54,267 bases of DNA from the NCBI GenBank assembly GCA_963663805.2, contig CAXXMR010000023.1, positions 1 to 54,267 of the forward strand. Direction: 5' to 3'. The translations under genes and the position numbers were made by a program. The stretch's first letter is position 1. Every line of letters starts with the position of its first letter. Positions 1 through 10,305 of the stretch are shown piece by piece. Under the pieces are notes generated by a model. It saw only the letters and a list, made by a program, of their open reading frames with translations, had not been told where the DNA came from and searched no databases. The DNA comes from Sedimentisphaerales bacterium (lineage in GTDB: Bacteria > Planctomycetota > Phycisphaerae > Sedimentisphaerales > SM23-30).

Positions 1-357
1 CCGCTCATGTCCCTGCCGGGCCCGCTCTATCATATCGCCCAGTTTATGCAGCATCCCCGGCGCACAAACCACATCAACCTCAGAATAATCATCCAGCAGC
101 TTTTGCCCCAACCGCTCAGCCATACAACCCACCACCGCCAAGACCACACCCTGACCGCGAAACTGACCAATCTTACTGATTACCTTATCTTCAGCATGTT
201 GACGAACCGAACAGGTATTATAAATCACCACCCCCGCCCCCTCGGCACCGCTCAACTGCTCATAACCCAAACGATTCAACTGCCCGACAATAAGCTCCGA
301 ATCAAGCTTATTCATCTGACAGCCCATAGTCTCAATATAAAAAGTCTTGCTATTCAT
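1..357 (-). CDS. miaB: tRNA-2-methylthio-N6-dimethylallyladenosine synthase MiaB, N-terminal part (runs off the window)
   Basis: Hand translation of the minus strand from ATG 357: MNSKTFYIETMGCQMNKLDSE...YNTCSVRQHAEDKV...VVGCMAERLG. This carries the three UPF0004 cysteines typical of MiaB. Not in the ORF track. Confidence 0.9.
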   Translation of the reverse strand, partial: MNSKTFYIETMGCQMNKLDSELIVGQLNRLGYEQLSGAEGAGVVIYNTCSVRQHAEDKVISKIGQFRGQGVVLAVVGCMAERLGQKLLDDYSEVDVVCAPGMLHKLGDMIERARQGHER

Positions 358-455
358 CCGCCCATTATAACCACCCCGCCCTAAAAAGCAATCACACCAT
401 AAAACTACCCCCCACTATTACTAACCGCTTCCTCAAAGGGGTCGCCAGAACGCAG

Positions 456-486
456 AAGCCGAGCGGCGTAAGCCGCCGGACCCGAA
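456..486. repeat. REP-like hairpin repeat, family B (second copy 9977-10006)
   Basis: AAGCCGAGCGGCGTAAGCCGCCGGA versus AAGCCGAGCCGCGTAAGCGGCCGGA. Confidence 0.7.
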
Positions 487-520
487 CACTCTCACTCTAC
501 CTTTACCTACAAACCAATTT

Positions 521-636
521 AAAAATAAAAACAAACCCTGCCGAAGGAAGGCGTCTGGCCGTTAATTGTTTCAACCCTCGGCCAAAGCCGAAACCAAGCC
601 GTTCACTTTTGCCTTCTGCCTCTTGCCTCATGCCTG
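521..636. repeat. Dispersed ~115-bp intergenic repeat, family C, ending in TGCCTYN heptamers
   Basis: Inverted copy at 30059-30175; partial copies near 3920-3987, 10105-10142 and 30212-30250. Confidence 0.7.
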
Positions 637-639
637 CCG

Positions 640-3215
640 TTAATATACTTCCAGCCAATGTTCCGCGAACACTTCCATATCCGCCAGATTAATCACAGCA
701 TCCGCCAGCGTACTAATATCACAATCGGAATTATAATCCGTCTGCCCCTCACTCAATAACCACGTATGAGCCAGCGTCGCTAAATCCACCAGATTCACCA
801 CGCAACTGTCATCAAAATCACCCACCAGAGGCTCAGCCCAAACCGTACCGGTCAGCTTGATGTTCGGAACCGAACCAGCACCCCAGATTTGACCAGTATC
901 ACCAAGCTCCCAGCCCTGCGGTTCACCGTGTGTGCCGGTCTCAGACAACAAAAACAACGAACGAGTCGCCGTTTTAACAGAAATCCGAACCCCTATAGCA
1001 CTCGCCGCCGCCGTACTGTTATTAAAACTGAAATCGACCATCAAATTATTAACACCATCATAAATAAAAGGTGTCTCAAGTTCAAACCAGCGCCATCCCA
1101 GCGGAGCCGCCAAAAACATTCTCACTACAAACTTCCGTCCACCCTTCATTCATCCAGAACGCGCTGGCACTAACCACCTCATCCTGTTCCGTATGCTGCA
1201 TCCGAATCGTAAAATCTGTTAAATCCTGGCCCGGTCCCCGTCACAAACTCCAGCCCCAAACCCGTTACCACCATCACGCCCGGCAGCTCATCTGCCCGAT
1301 AAAACCGACTGAGTACGCATCGCGTAATTCTGCGTGTCCAGCGGATAACCCGGACTATAATAAGACGTATCCACATCATGCAAATAATCAATCGTATCAT
1401 CAAGTGTAACAGTCACAGCTGCCGAATCCGATAGTCCGCCTTCCGGCGCAACCCCGCCGTCATCTGCCACGAAACTGAAACTGTCCGCACCGATAAAATA
1501 GGGACATGACAAATACTCCACCACTCGCCCGCTCAACTCAAACGGCACCGACGTAATCTCGCCATAGCTCGGGTCAAACAACCAGCCGTGCCCCGGCATC
1601 TGCGTAACAAAATATGTCAGCGCCCCCGGAGGGTCTGGTTCACCTTCATCAATCGCCGTCAATGTAATCAAAAGACTGTCACCCGAAATAGCGTTCAAAT
1701 CCTGCCCCTCAGCCCCAGGAGGTGTCGCCAGCACCGACGCGAAATCCACACCCCATACATTACCGGCTACTTCCGACCAGTCAGTCGATTCACCGGTAGT
1801 AACTTCCTGAGCAACAAACAAATGCCCCGTCATTTCCGCGTTTACGATAAAAGCCGTATCGCTGGCCAGTCCCGCCAAAGCATAAATACCATTACTGTCA
1901 GAATAAGCCGACCCCGCCAAAGTGCCGTCATCCCACGCCCGCACCAAAACACCCGCCAAGGGATTGCCACCCATATCAACCACCCGACCACTGACAATCT
2001 CACCCGCCCCGCTCATATAGATATTATACCCACAGCCATCCACCACTGGATAGGTATAGTACGTCGCGTCAACCAGCGGCAAAGCGTACCAAACATTATC
2101 GAGCCCCCTGCCAGCCCATATTCAAATGATGATACAGCGTACCCCCCGTCATAACCGTAACCATCTGCCAGAACCGCATGACCACCCCCCAGTCGCTCCA
2201 ACGAAAGCATTACCGGCATCCCCGCATCCAGATTCGGATTTATCATATCTACCAGCCCCACTCCAATTTCACCGCCGCCGTTAGCACCATAAACACCCGA
2301 ACCATAACCAAAACGAGAAACCAACTCGTTCTTGGCCACATAACTGCTGGCACCACTAACCGACTCCGTAAAATCCATCTCCACCGAAACCGCGGCATCA
2401 TAACACAAAGCCCCTATCGCCTGCCGCTGAGTATCCCCCGTAGAATTATCCGGGTCCAGAGTCATATTTGCCCAGTCATAAACTCCACCATAACCATCCC
2501 CGCCCCCGCGTCCACGCCTGCCTCATCAACCCCGTCAACCGTAATCGTATATTCCCAGCTGCCAATCCCATAATCAGGATATTCATAATAACGCATCAAC
2601 TGAGCCATAGCGGTAGCCACACAACCGCTCGGCCAATTGTTCGGCGTAAAATAATTATAACACAGATTCCCGCTCTCACTTGACTGCCCCCACGCACTGC
2701 CCACCAGAGGAGCCACCCAAACATCACTCACCGACGCAATCCCGCCCGACGGCATCGGCACTACCTCAAGTGTCCCCCAATACCATCAGCCGCTGCCACT
2801 TCGTCGCCGACTCAGAACCATCAGCCACCTGACTATTAACAGAAATTTCTTCCGCCGCGAAATTCAACCGCCCCGCCAAATCATTTTTCAGTATTTCTTC
2901 CAGCCCCTCACCAAGCTGACCCGCCGACGTAAATGCCACAATCGGCTCGACCGAATCGTCAGCCGAAACTACCACCAACCCCGCCGGCACCAGCCGAACA
3001 GCATAATACAGAACCCGACCCGTATCATCCGTAAACGACTCAACCCCGCCGACCTCAACCCCCAGCATCTCGCCCAGCCGCTGCGGACTCTCGCCCAGCC
3101 AACCCCAAACCGCCAATTCCGCCTGAACCGCACCCATCGGGACCGCCCAAAGACCACCGACCAGACACAAAAAACACCGCCAGAAACAGTAAAACCCATA
3201 GTTTACTCTGGACAT
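640..3215 (-). CDS. Secreted C10 (streptopain/SpeB-like) cysteine peptidase with prodomain, Ig-like/carboxypeptidase-regulatory domains and C-terminal dockerin-like EF-hands; split by several frameshifts
   Basis: Pieces 2766-3215 (signal peptide, VVSADDSVEPIVAF prodomain), 2462-2761 (WGQ...SGCVATAMAQLMRYY), 2013-2465 (GGHAVLADGY), 1288-2082 and 640-1149 (GDFDDSCVVNLVDLATLAHTWL). Confidence 0.8.
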
Positions 3216-3439
3216 AACGCCCTCCTGAGACTTTCATAAATCCCATATTTACAACATATTAACGAGTTTTCCCTGCCGCGCTGTCCACTCACGCAACCTA
3301 ATCATTATACCAAAAACCCCCTCCATTTCCAATAGAACTGCCCGAAATTTATTTTTTTGCCAACTAACTCAGTATGATTTATAATACCGCAGTGTCAGTG
3401 GCATATCGAAATTTTTGAGAACCTTTTAAGGAGAAAAAC

Positions 3440-3818
3440 ATGAAAGCCCTCAAAATCACTCTCATTCTCGCCATCCTGCTGCTCGTCGCAGTTGGCAGCA
3501 CCTTCGCCAATAAAGCAAATGCCGGCGCAGGAATCAACATTACTATAACCCCCAAAACCCTCATACTAAGCAAAGACTTAGGCAGCGTTTTCTGTACACA
3601 GTAACCTGCCTCTTTCGCTAGTAGTCGCCGACTCCGTCCAGCTTGAGGGCATAACCCCCTACCTCGTCAAAGCTGACGACCTCGGCCACCTCGTCGCCAA
3701 GTTCAACGACACCGAAATCAAAGAAATTCTCCAGCCAGGCAGCCAAACCATGACCCTGACAGGCCTGCTCAAAGACGGAACATCCTTCGCCGCCTCAGAC
3801 ACCGTAACCACCAAGTAA
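3440..3818 (+). CDS. Small secreted hypothetical protein (frameshifted)
   Basis: SD AAGGAG then ATG 3440: MKALKITLILAILLLVAVGSTFA...ITPKTLIL. Continues in another frame as VKADDLGHLVAKF...TLTGLLKDGTSFAASDTVTTK to a stop at 3818. Confidence 0.6.
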
Positions 3819-3826
3819 ATAGCAAA

Positions 3827-3885
3827 ACCGGTTAGCCCCGCCCCGCAGTTGAAAGCCGCCAGGCTTTCAACTATTGGCGGGGTTC
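3827..3885. repeat. REP-like nested-hairpin repeat, family A (second copy 9881-9939)
   Basis: 53/59 identity between the two copies. Outer CCCCGCC/GGCGGGG stem plus inner TGAAAGCC/GGCTTTCA hairpin. Confidence 0.8.
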
Positions 3886-4021
3886 GACCGCCAACAACAT
3901 ACTATCCCAACACCCCCCAAAATAAAACAACCCTGTCGAAGACAGGCACCTCGCCGTACCACCCATGTCTCTTGCCTCATGCCTTCTCCCGCATCTAACT
4001 CAACAGAGAAAAGCTAGGGCT

Positions 4022-4066
4022 TTCCCTACAAAGGCCAGTTACTCAACGGACAAATATCCAGCCACA
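4022..4066. repeat. 45-bp direct repeat of 6361-6405 (3' end of gene 6365-6766)
   Basis: 42/45 identical by direct alignment. Confidence 0.85.
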
Positions 4067-4069
4067 AAT

Positions 4070-5607
4070 GAGACTGTAGCATAGATACCGGCATTTTTAA
4101 TGAGATTTTCGCAAATTAGCCGATAAAAACTCCTGGAAGAACAGACCAGTGGAATTTTTCCAGGAGAGACGATTATGGCTGGGCCAGGCGAATACGTATC
4201 CGATATAACCGAAGGTATTACTGGTGTTTGAAGATTTACCGAAAGCAAAAATCAAACGGCGTTCACGCACCTACAAAAAGCGTCCTTGCCCCCCATTGCG
4301 GCCACTCGTCGTATCGAGACAAAGTCTTCAGGCGAAAACTGCATGACCTCGGAGACCTGGCTGCCAACCGTCCCCATCGAGATTTGGGTCAGCTATTCAC
4401 AGCATCGTTGTTCAAAATGCAAACGATACTTCAATGCCGACCTCACTGATCTTGCGGACCCCCGGCTGTCACTATACCCGTCGGGTTTGTTTCACCTGGC
4501 CGTGCGTTTGGTTGTGGAGGACGGGCCTGCCGTACCGCCCGGCATCATGGCACTTGTGGCGAGACCACAGAGTTTTTTGTCCCTTGGGCTACAATTCAAA
4601 ACTGGGTTGAGGCGACGGGGAAAAAAAGCTGAGCAACGAATTACAACTGAGTACCTTGATGGTGTTCTGGCTGATTTCTCCGGCTATATTGCAGCGGACG
4701 AATTATATGATGGGCCATTCTGCGTCTTATCCATAGTGGATAACCACACCTTCAAACGGCTCATCTACGAGGTTCTTGACCATAATCCCACTCATGAAGA
4801 TATAACAAACTTTTCCTTTCGGTTTCGGACCGAACTGGTACAAAGAACGCTGACATTACGGGGTGTTACGACCGACGGCTCGCCTTTATATCCGGAGCCA
4901 TTGGCGCTGATATTTCCCTGACGCTGCTCATCAGGTGTGCGAATTTCATGTCCTCAAGGAGATCAACAGAGAAATACTCAAAGCTGTTACGAAAGTACGA
5001 CGAGAGCTCAAGGCAAAGTTGCCCAAGCTGAAACGTGGCCGTCCATCGTCTTCTTCCGCGAAGAAAGCGGCATCACGCAAGAAGAAACAGGAAAAGAAAA
5101 ATTGCCGATCTGTTTGAGCACAGATATTTATTTGTACAACATTCATTGAGTTCGAAGGATAAGAAGAAGTTTTTGCATATAACCAGAGGCTTGCCAAACC
5201 TGAGAAATTTACGCTCGATCATGGATCAGGTTTATCGTCTTTTTGACCGTCGTTGTCGAACGGAAACGGCATTGGAAAAGTTGGCTGTGTTACGCCGGCG
5301 AATTGGGCGATTCAAAACCTTGCGACAGACTCTTAAGAAATTGTTCACCCCCAATATCGAAAAGGCGTTGACCTTCCTTGATGATTCACAACTGCCGTCA
5401 ACGTCCAACGCGGTTGAACGGGGCTATCGCCGCCATCGAAAAATGCAGAAGAGTGTCTATCGAGTGCGAACTCAAACCAATATCAGCCAGCGGGTGGCTA
5501 TTGATATGCAGCGTGACGAGCAGTCCCAAGGCCGTTTACGAACTACAACAACACTTCATGAAGAAAGGACTGGAATGCTATGTTGCCGGTAAAGATGCTA
5601 CAGAGTC
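4070..5607 (+). mobile_element. Insertion sequence, Mutator-like DDE group (IS256/ISL3-related), with 24-bp imperfect terminal inverted repeats and 8-bp target duplication
   Basis: IRL GAGACTGTAGCATAGATACCGGCA (4070-4093) versus reverse-complemented IRR GACTCTGTAGCATCTTTACCGGCA (5584-5607), 19/24. TSD CCACAAAT at 4062-4069 and 5608-5615. Confidence 0.85.
4175..5592 (+). CDS. DDE transposase (frameshifted in this sequence)
   Basis: Zn-ribbon CPHC/CSKC, YIAADELY, VTTDGSPLY, HQVCEFH (CxxH) and TSNAVER motifs, spread across ORF pieces 4228-4449, 4286-4921, 4935-5117 and 5035-5592. Confidence 0.8.
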
Positions 5608-5620
5608 CCACAAATCACAT

Positions 5621-6313
5621 ATGAATGACATACAACTTTCACAACATTATGACCAAGAGTTCTTTGAAATCAAGGAACAGAAACTTTTAACTTGGTATCC
5701 ATGGGTCGGCGATGATTATTTACAGTCTCCTGACAATGCCAAATTATTGGTCGTCGGTGAATCACATTACAACAACAAATCAAATCAAGACAGTAACATC
5801 AATAGTACCAATGAATGCTTTACACGAAAAGTAATCAAAAAGTATGTTTTTAGCGATAATGATTCAAACAGAACTTTTGATACCCTTAAAAAAAACCTGT
5901 GCAAAAACCCGCAAATATCCGCGAAAAATTTATGGCCTAAAATAGCTTTTTACAATTTCATCCAGGATCAAATGCATGGCTTAAAGAAAAGACCACAAGC
6001 CTACCAGTTCTTGTCCAGCTGGAAAACATTTGCAAAAATTGTTAATATCCTCAAACCAAGTGCCTGCCTTTTTATCGGAGTTACAGCCTGTAACTATTTG
6101 CGACAAGCTAATATCGGCGATCACACCATCATTAAACCACAAGAAAAAATCAATAGAACTTACCCCAGAAATATTTCTCTCAAAATTCAAAACGAAGAAT
6201 CACCAACAAAAATTATCCTTATTAAGCATTGCGCCAAATATTTTTCACCCGAACTTTGGCACAGCTATCTCAAAAAAAACATGCCGAACGAAATAGAGTA
6301 TCTAATATCATAA
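5621..6313 (+). CDS. Low-GC hypothetical protein, possibly uracil-DNA glycosylase-like superfamily
   Basis: ATG 5621 lies just outside the IS. Motifs PWVGDDY, LLVVGESHY, IAFYNFIQ, ILKPSACLFIG and IKH. The fold assignment is inference. Confidence 0.55.
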   Translation: MNDIQLSQHYDQEFFEIKEQKLLTWYPWVGDDYLQSPDNAKLLVVGESHYNNKSNQDSNINSTNECFTRKVIKKYVFSDNDSNRTFDTLKKNLCKNPQISAKNLWPKIAFYNFIQDQMHGLKKRPQAYQFLSSWKTFAKIVNILKPSACLFIGVTACNYLRQANIGDHTIIKPQEKINRTYPRNISLKIQNEESPTKIILIKHCAKYFSPELWHSYLKKNMPNEIEYLIS

Positions 6314-6364
6314 TCACACCAACCGCCTACAAAATCATTGTTATTATATTTATTCCCCAATTCC

Positions 6365-6766
6365 CTATAAGGGCCAGTTACTCAGCGGACAAATATCCAG
6401 CCACACTCCCGTCAGAATTATCAAATCATCCATATCGACCTGATTATCGCCGTTAAGGTCCGCCGCTGGATTACCGCCCACTATCAGCCATTCCGCCGCG
6501 AAATTCGCCCAGTCTTCCATATCCACAAAACACCCACTCGGGGCCGTCCAGTAACCACCCGTCACATCATAAAGCAAACTCCCATGAGGACCACCGGCGT
6601 CAAACTGACCAACCGTCCCCGACAATGTATATGTCCCCCCGCTCATATCACCCCCACCACCATTGATCGTCCACCAACTTACCTCATAAGCCTGCACGAC
6701 GGACGCACCCGAAAAAACCAACGCCGCAACCGTTATAAATAAAATCAGTCTACCATTAAACATCAT
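6365..6766 (-). CDS. Small secreted protein with dockerin-like EF-hand C-terminus
   Basis: Signal peptide, WWTINGGGG...LSGTVGQFDAG motif, ADLNGDNQVDMDDL. Confidence 0.75.
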   Translation of the reverse strand: MMFNGRLILFITVAALVFSGASVVQAYEVSWWTINGGGGDMSGGTYTLSGTVGQFDAGGPHGSLLYDVTGGYWTAPSGCFVDMEDWANFAAEWLIVGGNPAADLNGDNQVDMDDLIILTGVWLDICPLSNWPL

Positions 6767-6777
6767 AACCTCCCTGC

Positions 6778-8686
6778 TCAATAACCACGTGATATATCAG
6801 ACAAAGCGTCCCGAATAACCTCATGCTGCTCCTTGCCCAACCGCACGCCCATCACCAGATAATCAAAACTCACCCCACTCTTGCCACCCTGACATTCCCG
6901 CACCATAAGTTGGCCCGGTTCGACATTCTCAACGTAAAGCCCCATGCAGTCCCCCCTAGCCGTAACCTGAGCCGTCAAACCATCACTAGACGCTACCAAT
7001 CCAAAATGCTCCGGCAGCGTAATCTCCACCACCCCATCGCTCAACTGGCCACTGCCCCGTACATAGACACCGTTCTCGCCGCCTTCCAGACAAACATATA
7101 CTATCTGCCTGGTTTCATCTTTGGGATGCGCCTGAACAAAACTCTTACTACCCGTTACGGTCAAATCACCGCTAATCGAAACACTGCCGTCAAACCCGCC
7201 CGCTGTAATACAAGGATAATTCGCCTTGGCATAAAGTGCCACACCGCCGGCTCCTCCGCACTCCGCCTGAACACCCGCACCACCAAAATAACATGACATG
7301 TTACGCCCCAACACACCAACGCCGGCAGATGAAGCAGCCTCGAACTGACCACCGTAACTTTTTTTACCAATTGCACCGGCATAAGCCATCGCCAACCCCC
7401 GCACCGCGACCCCCCTCAAAGCCGTTTGCGACAAAGTACCCACCGTACTTCTGCTCTTCCTCCTCGCCCAATGCTTCGCCATAGACCCCGTAACTGTGGC
7501 CAATAAAATATCCGCCATAGCTAACAGCATCTTTATTTTCACTGGTCGCTTCGCCATAAACGCCCTTGCCATAATAGCTATGCGTCGTACCCCTTACCCC
7601 GCAACCATCATAGCTATTAGATTCGCCATGCACGCCACAAGTACCGTTACCAGTCGCCGTACCATAAACACCCGTACCACCCGCAACCGCCTGACCATAT
7701 ACACCATAAGCGTTATCGCCGTCATCAGCATAACCTTTTACACCACAGCCGTCCTTACTGTAAGTCTCGCCATAAACCCCCGCACAATTACCCGAACCAC
7801 TGCTCGTAGTACCATAAACGCCATACCCCTCCTCACCGCTGGACCTGCCGTAAACCCCGCGACCGTCCTTGCCATACGCCCGGAAATATCCACCGTAATG
7901 AATCCCATCCAGCGTCGATGATGCCTCACCCTCAACCGCCTTACCCGTCGGACAGGGCGTCGTACCACGTACCGCCGCCGAATTGTTACTGTAAATTTTA
8001 ACCTCAAAACTTCCCGCCGGTCCCTGCCCGTAAGTCTCAGCCAGCACCGCTTCGGAACTACTGCTGAAGCTAGCCACATTAAAATAACCAGCATTACCTC
8101 CGTCACCAGATGTATATCCCTGCAAAGCATGACCCGTACCGTTAGTCGATGCCACCAAAGCCTTGCCGCTGCTCGCGGCGTTATCAATCTCAAAACGACC
8201 CGCCGAACCAGAACCGCTGCCCGTATTGGTTATCTGTAAAGCGTGTAAATTCGTATCAACCGTCAAATCCTGCGGCAAAGTAAACCCACCCGAACTCGCC
8301 GCAAAAATCGAATAAGGACTACTGCTCATGGTCTGTCGCGGCACTAGCGTCGTATAAGCACCCGTACTGGCCCCTTCCCGAACCCCAATCTCCAAAAACA
8401 AATCCTGACCATCAAATACACTCGCGTCAAAATCCAGCCCCACCGTAAATAAACCGTTCACCACATCAACATTACCACGAGAAAGCGGACCTTCAACCAG
8501 ACTGCCCAAACTATAAGCATCCCAAAGCGTAAACTCAAAATCATACTCACCCGTAACCGGCGCCCCTACATCGTCCAGCCGCCCCTGATAAGTAAAAGTC
8601 TCAATATTAGGCGGACCCGCCCAAACCGGCAGACAAACCACCATTAACACCGCCGACAATACCTGAAAATTAACCGAATTTCTCAT
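6778..8686 (-). CDS. Secreted Gly-rich (GVYG-repeat) fibre/beta-helix-like protein with chaperone-like C-terminus; one frameshift near 7400
   Basis: N-terminal FTYQGRL domain, many GVxG repeats, C-terminal GSKSFVQAHP...YVCLEGGENGVYVRGSGQL. Confidence 0.7.
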
Positions 8687-8943
8687 CAGACAACCTCCTG
8701 AAAAATATCCCTAAACTACCTAACAGCCTCGGAATAATGACCTTACATTAAATCTAAAACTCGGAGACTCAACCAGAACCATTCGCACCAAACCCGTATT
8801 CTATCAAAATCCCACCATAAATGCAACTACTCATCCTCTTTATTCTCTGGACGCTGCCAACCCCATCCGCTAGCCTGTTCCCTTTATTTGAACGTAGAAT
8901 GGCAAACACATAATACATACCGCAAACATAGAAATTGGTACCC

Positions 8944-9807
8944 ATGAAAAGTTATCTCGACTGCATCCCCTGCTTCCTCCGTCAGGCACTCGAAGCCGCC
9001 CGGTTCGCAACCTCAAATCCCACGGACCAGGAAACCATACTCCGCGAAGTATTAGCCTTCTCCGCAAAAATGAACCTCAACGATTCCCCACCCAGGGTAG
9101 GCCAGATGATTCATCGCCGCCTCCGCGAACTTACCGGCAATGAAGACCCTTATCTACAGGTTAAACAAAAATTCAACAACCTCGCCCTGACCATGCTCGA
9201 AGACCTCAGAGGCAAAATCAAAAAAGCCCCCGACAGCCTCGAACTCGCTCTCAGACTCGCCATAACCGGCAATGTAATCGACTTCGGAATTAGCGCAAAC
9301 CTAACCGAAGAACAAGCCCGACAGGAAGTCGAAAAAACTCTCCAGACCCCACTCAATGCCAACATCAAACAATTCAAACAATCTGTCAACCACTCGAAAA
9401 AAATCCTCTACCTCGCCGACAACGCCGGCGAAATCGTCTTCGACCGCCTCCTCATCGAACAACTGCCCACCAAAAAAATAACCCTCGCCGTACGTGGCAA
9501 CCCCGTCATCAACGACGCCACCATCGCCGACGCCCAGACCGCAGGCCTCGACCTGCTCGTTGAGATAATCGAAAACGGCAACGACGCACCCGGCACCATC
9601 ATTGAAGATTGCAGCCCCCAATTCCAACAGAAATTCCACCAGGCCGATATGATAATCTCAAAAGGCCAGGGAAACTTCGAGACCCTCAGCGATTCAGACC
9701 ACCAAAACATCTTCTTCCTCTTCAAAGTAAAATGCCCCGTAGTAGCCCGCCACATCAACGCCCCCCTCGGCTCACTCCAACTCTATCACAATAAGGAACA
9801 CTCCTGA
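8944..9807 (+). CDS. DUF89/ARMT1-like damage-control phosphatase
   Basis: DCIPC, GNVIDFG, YLADNAGEIVFD, PVINDAT and SKGQGNFETL motifs. Confidence 0.9.
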   Translation: MKSYLDCIPCFLRQALEAARFATSNPTDQETILREVLAFSAKMNLNDSPPRVGQMIHRRLRELTGNEDPYLQVKQKFNNLALTMLEDLRGKIKKAPDSLELALRLAITGNVIDFGISANLTEEQARQEVEKTLQTPLNANIKQFKQSVNHSKKILYLADNAGEIVFDRLLIEQLPTKKITLAVRGNPVINDATIADAQTAGLDLLVEIIENGNDAPGTIIEDCSPQFQQKFHQADMIISKGQGNFETLSDSDHQNIFFLFKVKCPVVARHINAPLGSLQLYHNKEHS

Positions 9808-9880
9808 GAATCCCATCAGCTAACAGTACCTCCAGGTCACAAACCGCCACCACGCCATTAACCTACTGCACCCAAAGAAT

Positions 9881-9939
9881 ACCGGTTAGTCCCGCCACGC
9901 AGATGAAATCCGCTAGGATTTCAACTATTGGCGGGGTTC
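9881..9939. repeat. REP-like repeat family A, copy 2
   Basis: Matches 3827-3885. Confidence 0.8.
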
Positions 9940-9976
9940 AAAAACCAATCAGCAAATGAACCCCAACCAGCAACAA

Positions 9977-10006
9977 AAGCCGAGCCGCGTAAGCGGCCGG
10001 ATCGAA
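9977..10006. repeat. REP-like repeat family B, copy 2
   Basis: Matches 456-486. Confidence 0.7.
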
Positions 10007-10305
10007 TACCAAAACCCTTATTCATGCAAAAGCAAGATCCTGGTCTTCGCCGTCGACAAAATAATCAACCATTGCCGCTCACTTCTGCCTTATACCTACC
10101 GTTAAATAAAAACTCTCGGCCAAAGACCAACACCTGCCGCCGAAAAAAACATTTGACATTTACAATTTTATCACCGAAATTGAGGCCCATGAACAGGTCC
10201 AGCCGCGGAATATCACAGCAAAATCACACACCACGCTGTAAATTCACCGTCGACCGTCTGGAATCTAACCTTTGTCAGGGACAATTTAAAAACAGGGAGT
10301 TACAA

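Noticed and set aside
7..384. Plus-strand 125-aa ORF
   Set aside because: Antisense shadow of miaB.
4611..4630. Programmed frameshift at GGGGAAAAAAA in the transposase
   Set aside because: As written the required shift is +1, not -1, and the gene has other apparent indel errors, so it cannot be distinguished from a homopolymer error.
5378..5620. N-terminal extension of ORF 5378-6313
   Set aside because: Lies inside the IS; the real start is probably ATG 5621.
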